From Octopus bimaculoides (lineage: Eukaryota), in the NCBI RefSeq assembly GCF_001194135.2, contig NC_068985.1, forward strand, positions 104,927,319-104,991,318: 64,000 nucleotides of DNA. The letters are read 5' to 3'. The translations under genes were made by a program, and so were the position numbers. Numbering within the stretch: the stretch's first letter is position 1; each line of letters opens with the position of its first letter. A model generated the notes under the pieces. That model saw nothing but the letters and a program-made list of their open reading frames with translations. It searched no databases and was not told the origin of the DNA. Positions 1 to 12,852 of the stretch are shown piece after piece.

Positions 1-150
1 CCTGTAACTTTGTGGTTCGGCAAAAAGGGACCAATAGAATAAGTACTAAGCTTACAAAGAATAAGTCCTAGTGTCGATTTTCTCGACTAAAGGCGGTGCT
101 CCAGCATGGCCGCAGTCAAATGACTGAAACAAGTAAAAGAGTAAAAGAGT
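1..150 (+). mobile_element. 3' part of tRNA-derived octopus-type SINE (OR-like)
   Basis: Tail gaataagtcc...gactaaaggcggtgctccagcatggccgcagtcaaatgactgaaacaagtaaaagagt matches the full copies at 30398-30773, 54346-54735 and 57356-57714. Confidence 0.85.
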
Positions 151-156
151 ATGTAT

Positions 157-560
157 CAGGCACGTGCCGTCAGTAATTACTCAGGGTGGGTAGTTGGTGA
201 CCTTTATGTAAAATACACAAAAAAGAAGCGAAACACAGGCGTGCGACTGAGTTGAAGACAGATTTACTTCTGCCTTTACAGCACATAAGGAAAACGGTGT
301 TGTAGGAGTGTACGCAGTACGTGTACTGCAGCAATACTATGCATAGCTTAAATACTGAAATTGAAAGGTAGGAGCGAATTATACCTACCTAGTCTACAAA
401 AGAATGAAATACTTTGCATTTTATGCATAGTAATCAGAGTAACCTTCATAATTTTATTTAATTTATTGCATATTTTGTCATGAACAGAAAATGTTGCTAT
501 CGATCTATTTTATTCAAGGTAAGCACTACCTATCTTGCCTACCTAGGCGGCACGTCCTTG
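157..560. mobile_element. Non-autonomous hAT-like MITE
   Basis: Imperfect 15-bp TIRs: caggcacgtgccgtc vs reverse complement of right end caaggacgtgccgcc. 8-bp direct flanks GTATGTAT at 149-156 and 561-568 (microsatellite context weakens the TSD argument). Confidence 0.6.
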
Positions 561-630
561 GTATGTATGTATGTATGTATGTATGCATAAATGAATGTAT
601 GTATGTATGCATAAATGAATGTATGTATGT

Positions 631-1061
631 CAGTATTCAGTTTATTTCAAGATTTCTTGCCAATAGAGAAAGAACTGGTTTCTAACCTAGATCCAAGGTT
701 CCTACATTGGAATTTCAACATGAACAACAGGGTATTTTTGTATGTATGTATGTATGTATGTATGTATATATGTATATATGTATGTGCAGATTTGTATGTT
801 TTATGTATGTATTCTGATGTATATAGTTGATTATCTAGACATGCTCATGTATATCTAAATGATAAATTTCTGGAAAGTTTTACAGATCTTTACAGCTCCA
901 GTGATAGATTGGATCTGTAGTCTTCGAATTAGCTTTCTCCTTTCTGGTTTTGAGAAGCTTAATTTCTCAATATTGGTATTTAGGCAGTGTGTTACATATA
1001 CCAGGGCCCCAATAATTACAGGTATAAACCTGAACTTGTAATCTGGATAGAGTAACTGCAG
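631..1061 (-). mobile_element. 5'-truncated R4/Dong-like (RLE-type) non-LTR retrotransposon: ORF C-terminus plus 3' UTR
   Basis: Minus-strand frame LQLLYPDYKFRFIPVIIGALVYVTHCLNTNIEKLSFSKPERRKLIRRLQIQSITGAVKICKTFQKFII* resembles the post-endonuclease C-terminus (IPxIIGALG...Q..I.G..KI) of R4-clade LINEs. It is followed by a non-coding tail that ends directly in (CATA)n. Confidence 0.65.
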
Positions 1062-1152
1062 ATGTATGTATGTGTGTATGCATGCATGTATGTATGTATG
1101 TATGTATGTGTGTATGCATGCATGCATGCATGTATGTATGCATGTATGTATG

Positions 1153-1233
1153 TCTCTTCTATTTTTAATTATTATAAATCTTCCACTGAGGAGGGAGCCG
1201 GTTTCCAACAACGATACAAGGCTCCATCTTTGG
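1153..1233 (-). mobile_element. Short 3' tail of a second, related R4-like LINE family
   Basis: About 80-bp unique insert in the microsatellite. It shares the gtt(a/g)gaaacc motif and a flanking stem with the tail at 631-740. Confidence 0.45.
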
Positions 1234-1430
1234 GATGTATGTATGTATGTATGTATGTACGTATGTATGTGTGTGTGTGTATGTATGCATGCATGCATGC
1301 ATGCATGCATGTATGTATGTATGTATGTATGTATGAATGTATACATGCATGTATGGACGTATGAGTAACAACGTAGTTTAATGGCATAATGCTTCGGAGA
1401 AATGACTGAAGAACAATATCTGTTTGATTA

Positions 1431-2605
1431 TACTGGTGAACAAGTATTTTTCATCAAGCATATATCAAGGTGTATTTAATGTAGTTTTTAATGCTGATTT
1501 CAAATATGAATCATATGAGAGTATAGAACTTTTACTTCATGAAATGCATGTGAAAGATACTCATGGACAATATGTGGAGATTTAAAAATCATTGGAATGT
1601 TAATGAGAATGAAGCCAGGTTTTACAAAATACTGTTGTTTCTTGTGTCTATAGTTGGGCAACTGACAGACATTCGGAATCAAACTGGAAACTAGAACATC
1701 GTACCAGCCAGGACTGTCTCACGTCGAGAATACACCTCTTGTAGATCCATATAATGTCCTATTGCCTCCTTTGCACATAAAGCTTGGACTGATGAAACAG
1801 TTTTTAAAGACACTAGGGAAGAGAAATGCCAGAGACTTTGAGTATATTGCAGAAAAGTTACCCAAAATCACACAGGCGAAGTTGAAAGAGGGTGTCTTTG
1901 TCGAACCCCAAATTAGAGAAGTACTGTGAACATCAAGACAACACTGGATGAACTGGAACTGCCTGCCTGGAATGCTTTCAATTGGATCTGTGAGAATTTC
2001 TCGGGCAACAAGAAGGCAATGGACTACAAGCATGGCATCAAGAATCTTCTGAAATGTCATTCAGCAATGGGTTGTTATATGTCACTGAAAGTTCACTTAT
2101 TGGACTCCCGTCTGGATTTCTTCGCAGATAACCTTGGAGCAGTATCTGATGAACATGGTGAAAGATTTCACCAGGACATTAGTGCTAAGGAGAAACGTCA
2201 CCAAGGCTTCTAGAATGACAGTATGTTTGCTGACTACTGCTGGACACTTTACTGTGATCAACCAGATCAGGAACACCACAGGAAATTCAAATTACAATGT
2301 TTCTAACTCTGTTGTTCTAATTTTGTTTTGTCTGAACCATTTTCTGTGTTTTCACTCTTTGTAGAATGATGATGATGATTTTTAACTCAACAAACTCATT
2401 TACTTTCTAAAAATAATATGTCCTTATTTATTACGTTAATGATTTCATGCATACAAATATGTAAATATTTGCATGTATCTACTGAAAAACTGATATGTGC
2501 TGCATACAAATGGAGTGAAATTTTGAAATCAGCATGAAAAATTAGTCTAAAAAAGTTGGTTTGCATTCATAATGAGTATAATACATTTAATTTTGTTGAC
2601 CAGTG
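1431..2605 (+). mobile_element. Internally deleted, decayed Chapaev3-like (CMC) DNA transposon
   Basis: Termini (t)actggtgaacaa and ttgttgaccagtg (11/13 match). TTA direct repeats at 1428-1430 and 2606-2608. Subterminal inverted atgctgatttcaaa/tttgaaatcagcat. Transposase motifs GFTKYCCFLC, LPPLHIKLGLMKQF, KLKEGVFVEPQIRE, SDEHGERFHQDI and FADYCWTL, with stops and frameshifts. Confidence 0.8.
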
Positions 2606-3059
2606 TTATTAATATGGCCATTTATTAAGATGATAATAATATTAGTCATTACAATGTATAAGATATATACAACTTCGTCGAGTTGCTTGTATATACACAG
2701 CTTGTTTGTTGATCTCCAGTCCATTTCGAATGATAGTAAGTAGTTTCCTTTGGTAATCATTTGTTAAGAAGGAAGAATTAACAAATGCTGTGAAACAACG
2801 TCAACATCATAGATATAGAATGATATTGGAAGATAAGATTCAAAGAATCAAGGCATATACAAGGCTATCAATAGGCCAAGCATAGTTATAAACATCATTG
2901 GGCTCCTTTAATTAAATAGGAGAAATTGTAAGGCCAAAAACCATAAATAATTAGGTTTAAAGCTTCAAATTTCCATCATATAATACCTCTTTCTCTTTGT
3001 CCAAGCCCTCATCAACTTTTCAGGTTTTACTTGATAAGGAAAATTTGTTTAAAGGTGGA

Positions 3060-3400
3060 TGAGAATAGTGGGGTCAATAGAATAAAGTACCAGTCAAGAA
3101 ATGGGGTCAATGGAATTGACTAACTCCTCCTTCTAAAATGTCTGGCCTTGTGCCAAAATTTGGAAGAATTAAAAAAGGTAGTAAATTGACAGAATTGTTA
3201 GCACACTGTACAAAATGCCCAGCAGCATTTTTTTTTAGCTCTTTACAGTCAAGTTCAAATACCACCCAGATCAGCTTAGCCAATCATCCTTTCGGGGTCA
3301 ATAAAATAACTACCAGTTGAACACTAGGGTCAATGTAATCAACCATGCCCCTCCTACTAAAATTGATGGCTTTATGCCAAAATTTTGAAACCATTATTAT
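3060..3400 (+). mobile_element. Two head-to-tail decayed tRNA-derived SINE copies
   Basis: Motifs catcctttcggggtcaataaaata, taccagtt and ggccttgtgccaaaattt are shared with the array at 15.8-17.7 kb. Confidence 0.6.
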
Positions 3401-3486
3401 TTTTATATTCTCTTTTTTCTTAGTTCATTATTTCTCTTAAAGTAATATTTACCATCTATGCTTCTCAAAATGTTTATTTCCTTAGT

Positions 3487-3517
<31 letters not shown>

Positions 3518-3857
3518 CCATTTTGCTTTCACTTCTCCAAATTATTGTTTATATTTGAAACTCTCTAATTCAAGAAATCCTCCATAATTCCTCAAACACA
3601 TTTCTCCACTTCACACTAATTTTACATCTCGTAGTTTTCTCACTTTTATACACTAAGAACCTTAATTATTTTGACCATAAAATTTACACCCATTCTTCTT
3701 TTTTCTTATTCATTTTCTTATTTTTTTCTCTCCTTTCTCTCTCATCTTCAGACGTTTTCCCATCTTTGTTTTTTAATAAAATCTAATTCATGGAAATTTA
3801 AACATAATTGATATTATATACTCCATTCAAATTTGAAAATAATTGACATAATTGATA

Positions 3858-3900
<43 letters not shown>

Positions 3901-3904
3901 ATAT

Positions 3905-4230
3905 GTTACCTTCATGCAAGCTGCATATTTTGTTTCCAATCTTCTGTGAAAACACATCTGGTTATAGGGAAAAATTACTTTACTTGGAAACAGATGTGAT
4001 GAGTGTTGCTGACAGGAAGGGCATCTGGCTGTAGAAAATCCACCCCAACAAATTCTATCCAACCCATGCAAGCATGGAAAAATAGATGTTACATGCTGAT
4101 GATCCTCACCATGAGATATATCATCATCATCATTTAACGTCCATTGTCTATGCTGGCATGGGTTAGACCAGGACTAACAAGCTGGAAGGTTGCACCAGAC
4201 TCCAGCCTGATTTGGCATGGTTTCTACGGT
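3905..4230. mobile_element. Tail-to-tail pair of RTE-tailed SINE fragments
   Basis: Plus copy ends ccaacccatgcaagcatggaaa...gatgat. Minus copy begins catcatcatttaacgtcc...tgctggcatgggttagac. Confidence 0.6.
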
Positions 4231-4499
4231 TACACACACACACACACACACACACAGATATATATATATCGTTGTTGTCGGCATTAATTCATATCCGTGT
4301 AGTTAATCTGTAGCAAGTAACTGAACCACTTCATCCTGATGGGTGTGAAGTATGCCAATGTCTGAGGTGACTGTTTAGGCCAAGGACAGTATAGAAGAGT
4401 TGGTGGTGGGAGCACTTATCGCAGAGGGGGGTTGGCAGGAGACAAGGATGTGCAAGTCGATCTTTGCATTTTTGCCTCTTGACATCTGTTATTTTTCAT

Positions 4500-4890
4500 T
4501 TAGTCTGACATACCATCACTTTGGCACTGTCTCCCAAGTATTTGGGTCAAGGGAGTAGTGGAGGAGATTGGCCTTGAGCTGGTCTCAGAAACGGATTTGG
4601 GAGCCTCCATATGGTCTGGTGCCTGAGGCCAACTCTACAAAAAGGTGATGGCAGGGAGACACGCCTGAGACATACATATGAGATGTCCTGACGGTGTCAT
4701 GCTAACTTCAATGCTGGGCAGTCCGGCCTAAAGCAGAACTTCTTCATTGGTAATATAGTCCTTTCATTGAAACCTCATGATTGCTAATGAACTTGTTGAA
4801 AAGGAATAAACATATTTACTGGTGGTGGGGCTCCATACATAAAGGGTAGAGTAGTTGAATAAGCCATTAAGAGCAAAGACTTGAGGTCTT
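4500..4890 (-). mobile_element. Decayed RTE-clade LINE ORF2 3' fragment
   Basis: Minus-strand translation KDYITNEEVLLxAGLPSIE and ELASGTRPYGGSQIRFxDQLKANL..DPNTWET matches recalled RTE C-terminal motifs. Confidence 0.7.
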
Positions 4891-5235
4891 CATCAAATCA
4901 CTATTTCATATGTATATATATTCTTATACTCTTAATATCTGCATCAATTTAAAAATTGCATATATAATAATAGAGATATGTAAGTAATTTATCATTTATT
5001 ATAAAATATAATAAAATAAATTATTTATACATGCTTATTAAGGTGTGAAATAATCGCTGTTAAATATGAATATTCAATAATAAAATTAATTTTTATCATA
5101 GTATATTTCTCTCTTTATTTATAATTTTATACACTTGTTATGTTTTCCTTTGTGTTTTGTAGCATGTTACATTAAGGAACATTTTTTGTGAGTACCATCG
5201 GATTAGTTGAATCCATGCATTGTGGTTTATATATA

Positions 5236-5480
5236 NNNNNNNNNNNNNNNNNNNNNNNNNNNNNNNNNNNNNNNNNNNNNNNNNNNNNNNNNNNNNNNNN
5301 NNNNNNNNNNNNNNNNNNNNNNNNNNNNNNNNNNNNNNNNNNNNNNNNNNNNNNNNNNNNNNNNNNNNNNNNNNNNNNNNNNNNNNNNNNNNNNNNNNNN
5401 NNNNNNNNNNNNNNNNNNNNNNNNNNNNNNNNNNNNNNNNNNNNNNNNNNNNNNNNNNNNNNNNNNNNNNNNNNNNNNNN
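5236..5480. other. Assembly gap (N run)
   Basis: Run of N. Other gaps at 7078-7087, 15506-15815 and 31554-31858. Confidence 1.
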
Positions 5481-5585
5481 TTATCACAATTATAATCTTT
5501 AAAGTATGAATCAAAACAGCTGTAAGAGATTGTTTATTTTTGCAGTTAAAAAATATACTTATTAATTGATTTATCTCCATCTTCT

Positions 5586-5651
<66 letters not shown>

Positions 5652-6864
5652 TACTATACACTAATATAAACTGTTGGCAATTAGATACCATTACCTCTTA
5701 TAATGAAGGCTCACTAGTTTTAGTTGACAGCTCCTGTTACTTTGGTGGCCTAATCACCAGCTGTGGTGGGAATTGCAAATATATAATAGACAAGGTAATG
5801 GCAGGTAGAAAAAGTCAAGTGATCTATTACTTATGAAGACCACAAAGACATTGCATCTCTAAGTGACACTTGTATATCATGTGTGATATTGCATAGCAGC
5901 AAAACATGGGATATTAGATGTAGGGGTTGCATATTAAAATCTGAAAAGAAAGGAATTAAGAATGCTCCCTTGATTGTGTATCATTACAATGTATGCATAA
6001 CTGAACATACAGGAGCTAAGGAAGTAAAAATATTGGCATAAAAGGAATCAGCTGTAATGTTGAAGAGAGTGAGTGCTGGTAGGGACATGTGATACCCATT
6101 TTGGATGCCAATTGAATGAAGAAATTCTGAGTAATACAAATCAAGATTACTCTTTCAGAAGCAGACATGGAAAGAAGTAGTGAAAACACATGTTGGTCTG
6201 CTGAATCTGAAAGCTGATGATGACAAAGGACCACATCATGTGGCCAAGACATTATGAAGGAGAAGATCTGTTTAACCCTTATGAGCATAGGGAAAAGAAT
6301 ATAGAATGATGATTGTGAGGATGATGATGATGATGACATATATATATATATATATATGTATACATATATATATATATAAATACACACACACACACACACA
6401 CACACATATTCATACACACAGACACACACATATATAAACACACACACAAATATATACACAGATAGATAAAGAGATAAATAGAGAGGAGTAGAAAGAAAGA
6501 GAGAGAGAGAGAGACCATAGCCAATGCATATTCATAAATACACACTTATGCATATGTATACAAGTCTTGCCACATTTTTTTTTATCATACTGTATATATG
6601 TATTTTAGAGATCACTGTAGTTTACACTTTTACACTGTTATACATTGTGTTTTCTGTACTCTGTTTATCATTTTGTCCACGTTTTTTTTTTTGAAACGTC
6701 CTGTACCCAGATATGCATCTATATATACAGGTAGATGTAAGTATGTACATACATGTGCATATATATGCATATACTCATTTATTATTTGTATATATATATA
6801 TATATTTCGTTTTTAGATTTGGTTTGCAAGATTCTTTATGTGAGTTTGTGTGTTGAAGCATATT

Positions 6865-7047
6865 CTGTTGTGTCTGGGGAGAGTCATTTTCTTTTTGTGC
6901 CTTATAATTTAACACACTCACCGGTAAAATTTCCACGTATTCCATATTTTATTTTTATTTATAAAAATAAGGAATAAGTAGAAATTTTACCGGTGAGTGT
7001 GTTAAATTATAAGGCACAAAAAGAAAATGACTTCCCAGACACAACAG
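6865..7047. mobile_element. Fold-back MITE (long inverted repeat)
   Basis: Arms of about 90 bp: ctgttgtgtctgg...gtcattttctttttgtgccttataatttaacacactcaccggtaaaatttc vs gaaattttaccggtgagtgtgttaaattataaggcacaaaaagaaaatgac...ccagacacaacag, with almost no spacer. Confidence 0.8.
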
Positions 7048-7098
7048 CATATATATATAGACCAATGGCATAAGTAANNNNNNNNNNCTTTATCTCAT

Positions 7099-7146
<48 letters not shown>

Positions 7147-10100
7147 GCAAGAAGTATCCACCCAGATACACGCACTTACACTTCAAACCACACCTCTTCT
7201 TATCTACTCACAGATTCATATATGCTCATACAAATATCATACATTCAGTTACACAAATTCATATGTATCAGAACATCAGTGAGCGACCATATGCTTAATA
7301 AAAGGCAAAATGTCACTGTAAAACCTTACAAACAGTACAAAATACTTACAATCTTTGTCCATGATGGCAATTTTTTTTTTCCTTCCGGGCCTTCAAACAA
7401 ATGTATCCTTATGTACTTTATGTTCCGACTTCCTTATGAGCCCTTTTTTTTTCAGAAAATATGTATATATATATATATTTATATATATATATACATATAT
7501 GTGTGTATGTATGTGTGTGTGTGTGTATGTGTGTGGGTCTACTTGGTTTAAATGCTAGAAATATAGTGTCTGTATTTGTGAACAGAATAAGTAAGACTGT
7601 GGATGTAATAAACAACAGCCAGCTTGAGATTATGGATTGATAGTGAGGATAAATTTCAAGGTTACAGATCAGCTAGGTGCGTCCTATGAACTAAGTCGGC
7701 AAAAAGCTAATCTTGCATGAGATGAGTCTTCCACTACTGTACCAACACATATTTCTCTTTTTAGCCTTGCATGACTTTACAACCATCACTCCCACCACCA
7801 TCATATATAGCATACATACATACATGCATACATGCATACAAACATATATACATACATATGCATGCACAAACTCACATGCATGCACAAACTCACATGCATG
7901 TGCCTAATGTTTTACATGTCTTTTAATTTCTTTTTCAAATGAACCATCTACTTAGGTCTCTCTCATTCCCTCCCTCTCTCTCTCTCTCTCTATTTCTCTA
8001 ACTATCTGTCATTATCTCTCTCTTTCTCTTATATCAGTCTATTTACCTATCAATTTCTGTCTCCACCTCCCTTTCTCTGCTCCATCCTCATTAACTCTCA
8101 TTCTCCACTCCTACTCACTGATCTTATACTCTCTCTCTCTCTCTCCCTCTTTCTATGTCTGTGTATATCTATCTTTACAACCATTCCTCTGTGCATTTAC
8201 CTCTTCCCCTGTGTCTATCAATCTAAAGCATTAAATAAGAAAGAAAGTAACAGGTCACAGAAGTTTTAAAAAATAGATTATGAAAGTAACAGAATAGGTT
8301 TAGTGAAAAAAATAAATACAAGATACTGTTTAAGTTTGAACAAAGATAATTTTTTAATGACAAAAGCGATGGAAAGAAAGAAATAATTCTGTCTTGTATT
8401 GGTTGACCAAAAGAATAATTTTCCTAGAATACCATGGTGGGTTATCTGTTGGGCTAGATGTTGATATATGGTTTGTGGAAAAGTGTTTAAGTCATCATCA
8501 TCATCATTTAATGTTCATTTTTCATGCTAGTTTGGGTTGGATGGTTTGACAAGAGCTGGCAAGCCAGAGGACTGCACCAACTCTACTGTCTGCTTTGGTA
8601 TATTTCTATAGCTGGATGCCCTTCCTGGTGCCAGTCACTTTACAGAGTTATATATTAGGAAATTAAAGCATTTATTCCATATTCTCTGCAACTTTATTAT
8701 TCAGTTTATCACACAGAGATTAAAGAGTAAATACACACCATGATTTCAGTATGCTCAAGACCTCACTCTCTTTCAAGAACCAATAGAGCTGTAAAAGAAG
8801 ATTTAAGCTTAACCCTTTTGCTACCAATCCACCTGAGAATTCTTGCTTTAACCTTTTGCCTCTCCTATGTATTCATACATTATATGCTGGACACATTTCT
8901 CTGGTATCCATGCAACACATATGATACATATTCACATTTTTTTTTTCCAACCATTAGAGTAACTTGGGATTTCTGAAAGAAAGCTTTATATCACACAGAA
9001 TATATGAAAAAAAATGTTTGAAAACGAACATGAACATTTAGGACAAACTTATGGAAATTCTTTGGACAAAGAATTCATATTATCTAAATAAACGTTCTAT
9101 CAAAATTTTATGCAAACTTATATTTCAAATATCTTCTTAATAATGATAATGTTAAAGTTATGCTAAATTCTTCTTTAAGTCAAAATTCTTGAAAGCAAAC
9201 ATGGCTGAGACTATTAACAATGAAAGTGGAGTAAAGTATATAAAAATTAGAATTGAAACTAGTTTATTACTGGATACATTGAAAACGCCTTCCCCCAGTT
9301 TAAGTAAAATAATTACTAACTTATGTCATACACACACAAATACACACATACATATACACATAAATTACATACACACACACACACACAGATCTAAATATTA
9401 TGACTGATAAACGTGCCTAAATAAACCTTCACAGGAATCATTCATTAGGTGGGCTATGACAATTTTTGCTTCAAATTGCATTTGTTTGCATTTATTTGAA
9501 AATTAATTTTAACATGAAAATCCTAATTCAATACATACATAATATATACATACATAACACACACACACACACACACATATACATTATCCACTTATTCCAT
9601 CACACATCAACATCATTGTCGTTGAAACCATCATTTTCTGTTAGTAAAAGTTAGATGGGTCCTCTGTACAACATCGCATCCCATCTTTTTTTTTCGTTTG
9701 CTTGTATATATGTGTGTGTGTGTGTGTGTGGGTGTCTCTTCATATATAGATATTCTGAAATAGAGTTAATATTTTCTTTTATTATTTGGCTAATATACAA
9801 CAAAAAAAAAAGATTAAAACGACCAACTCAATTCATAGAAGACAACGGTTAGACATTAACTCTAAGAGTTATCTCCCTTGTTTTATTACCTGTCTTTCAC
9901 AAATCCTAGTCAACCTTGTTTAAAACAAACAGATTAATCATCAACACATTAACTTCGTAAATGATTAATTTAATCTGGCAAAGATTTCCCATATTGTCAT
10001 TTTTTACTTACTATATCACGATTAGAAGGATTTGTCACCGAATGTTTACGTTATATACATTCACTCTGACTTACACAAACACGTATACATACTTAAGAGA

Positions 10101-11089
10101 GATATTTATTTATATTCTATTTACGTAAGTGTATATGCACCTGTATGCATGTGTTGTTTACAGATTATGTGTAAAGCCTCTGTGTGTGTGGGTGTGTGCG
10201 TGTGCGTGTGTGTGTGTAGATAGATAGATAGATGAGTCAATGATGAGAGATTGATAAAACTGGGGTTGGGGTAGACAATAGTCAAATCATGGTAAACACA
10301 GGTGAGAGTGATGATTGTCACTAAGAGGAATGTATGTCAACAGGGAGTGTTCAAGGGAGGGATCCAGTTGTTTGGGGAAAGGGAAGAGAAGTAAAGAAAC
10401 AATTGTAGACCTGACCAGGACACTGGATGAGGGATCTAGTTGCATGCATGGTGTGCATACACGTTTCCATAACTTCAGTTGCATGCGTACATATTATGCT
10501 TTCAGAATTCGTCACTCTGTGCTAGCATATCTAGGTAGGTCTTCTTGAGCACTGAACATTGCCGGCCATCTATCTTAGTCTTTTATTATCTCCTCCTTGA
10601 GATTCAATATCCTGAGACCAGCCGTCACCACCTCATCCCACATCATCTTAACTGATGTTAAAGATAGTCAAAGGATTTATTTCCCTGTCAGATAATGATA
10701 TGATAATCGTTAAATATCTTTTGGGGATTTCTATTATCAACATAACTCACTGTGTTAATTTCAGTGACCTTAATTCCAATCTTGTTATATCATATGGGAT
10801 TAAATCCATGCAGTTGTTTACCTAATGTGGAATCTACATTTTGGTTAACAGTTTTATAAGTGATTCTGTCTCACCACAAGATGTCTCGACTCCTACCTTA
10901 CCCCTGAACCTCTCCAGAATCTAAAGAAATTCCCAATTTTATCTTCAAATGAATTTCATAAAGTCTGTATTTATTTCTCTTCCCCAGCCTCTCAAAATAA
11001 CATTTTATCAAGATTTGTACAGCAATATTTTATTAATATAAAGAAAGAATTTTTTTTTTTGTTCCCACTTAGGCATTAGATAGAGTACA

Positions 11090-11930
11090 CTACATTCTGA
11101 GGAAAGCCATTTTCCTGATGGTGTCATGGTCGTATCAGTTTGCCTTCTTATTGATACTTTAGTTTTCGCTGAGTTAACCTTGATTCCAGATTTTCCTGCC
11201 ATGCCTGGAATTTCTTCTTTGATCTTATAATAGACTCAGCTATAAGAATGAGTTCATCAATATATAAGATTTTCCATGGACACCTCCATTATTGCCTGGA
11301 GGACTGATAAAAAGAAGGGGATTGAGCACTATGCTCTGGTGAACCCCTCCCTACACACTAAATTCATCATTGTACTTGTTGCAAGCTCTCACCTTACTGA
11401 CAGCAACATGTACATGGCTTGTATGGCCCTCACACACCATTTGTCAATTCCTAGTTTTCTCAGTGCCTACCAGATCACCAACTGGAGTCCTCTGTTCAAG
11501 GCATTCACCAGGTTAATAAATGCTAGGTACAACAGCTTACTCTTAGCTAAGTATTTCTTCATGACACAAAACCGAATATATATACATGAAGCAGTTCTCT
11601 GGGTGTCAGCCCCTTCACTGTAACATCAGAGCTGCCAGGGACCACCCACTGATGTAGGCAACTTCCACACAACAGCATAAGCTTTGTTGACTTAGATATT
11701 GTGACTCTGGGTCAGAGTCATCTTCAATGTTTGAACTCACTGCACAACGCATCTCACTTGAGCCAAATGTAATGGCTTACTTTCTCAGCAGCTTCTGACC
11801 AATTTCCTAGCAGCATCTTTTTTTCCTTCATAGCTAGTCCAAAACTCCTGAACATCGAGTGAACCCTGATGCCAATGAATCTTCTGACATCTATCTCTAC
11901 AAGGAATCATATTGTCTCTCATCCATTGTT
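11090..11930 (-). mobile_element. Decayed RTE-clade reverse transcriptase fragment
   Basis: Minus-strand motifs VGVHQSIVLNPLLFI (cf. GVHQGSVLSPLLF) and IKVNSAKTKV, with frameshifts. Confidence 0.7.
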
Positions 11931-12602
11931 TTCACAGAATTCAACCAACTCACTGTAGTTTCTATCTTTCTTCAGAAATGTGTGTGCATGTAAGTGTGTG
12001 TGTGTGAATACACACACATATGTTGCAATATCACTTGTAAAATACATATACTTCTTCTAACTCTTAAAGAAAGACCAAATAGTCTTCCTTTTCAATGAGA
12101 ATTAATACATTCATATGCTTTTGAGAGGTGTTGAATAATGGTTACTGTGAGCTGAATTTTATAAGCATCTGTCTGAAAGGAAAATAAAATTGAATCAATA
12201 TATGGTATAAGAAACAAGAAAACCAGAGGACTGCAATGCTGTGAGTGAAGAGCAACCAAATTGTAGCTTAAAGTGTAGTCAGTAGAAGCTAAAAATTATA
12301 AATGATTATCAATCTTTACCATTTGGGCCTCTTATAACATAGAACTTATCATAATTTAGTTAATCTTTCATGGGCAACTAATAACATAGGTGTCTTAATC
12401 ACCTAATTATCTGTATGTACTGTACATTTATAAACTTATTCATGATATACTACTTTAAAAGTACACTGTCACACACACACATTGGTGTAAACATGTGTAA
12501 CACGTGTGTGTGTGTGTGTGTGTAGATATACACATGCACAAAAACATTTGTTTTGGACTTAATTCATCGCCCAGTTTTCCACAACTAGAGCCCTCTAGTT
12601 CC

Positions 12603-12810
12603 TTAACCATTTTGATACAAACCTGCCTGAGATTACCCTTGTTTTGAAGTGTTTTGAATTAAAACCCTCAATCTAAATTTCATGCTAATCTATGTTCCAA
12701 ACACCAGCTAAATAATGACAAAGTTATTTTAATAGAATCTTCTTTATTTTCAAAATTAATTGAAACGGAAGCAATGTAGTTCAACAGAAATAGAGAAACG
12801 AAAGGGTTAA
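12603..12810. mobile_element. TTAA-flanked piggyBac-like MITE, family A
   Basis: TTAA-cc...ggg-TTAA ends. The internal motif ttccaaacaccagc...aatgacaaagttatttt recurs near 19.6, 32.2, 48.2, 55.3 and 58.4 kb. Confidence 0.65.
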
Positions 12811-12852
12811 ATAGAGTCCACTTTGTTGCAAGCATTCAAACGAGATATCAGT

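Larger units (their letters stand above)
561..1370. repeat. Compound (TATG)n/(CATG)n/(TG)n microsatellite array interrupted by LINE fragments
   Basis: Directly visible tandem tatg/catg runs. Confidence 0.95.

Noticed and set aside
491-1387. Many ORFs rich in YVCM/HTYI
   Set aside because: Translations of (TATG)n microsatellite. Only the LINE-derived segment within 855-1346 is meaningful.
5188-5691. ORFs spanning N runs (also 15454-15934 and 31429-32083)
   Set aside because: Artefacts of assembly gaps.
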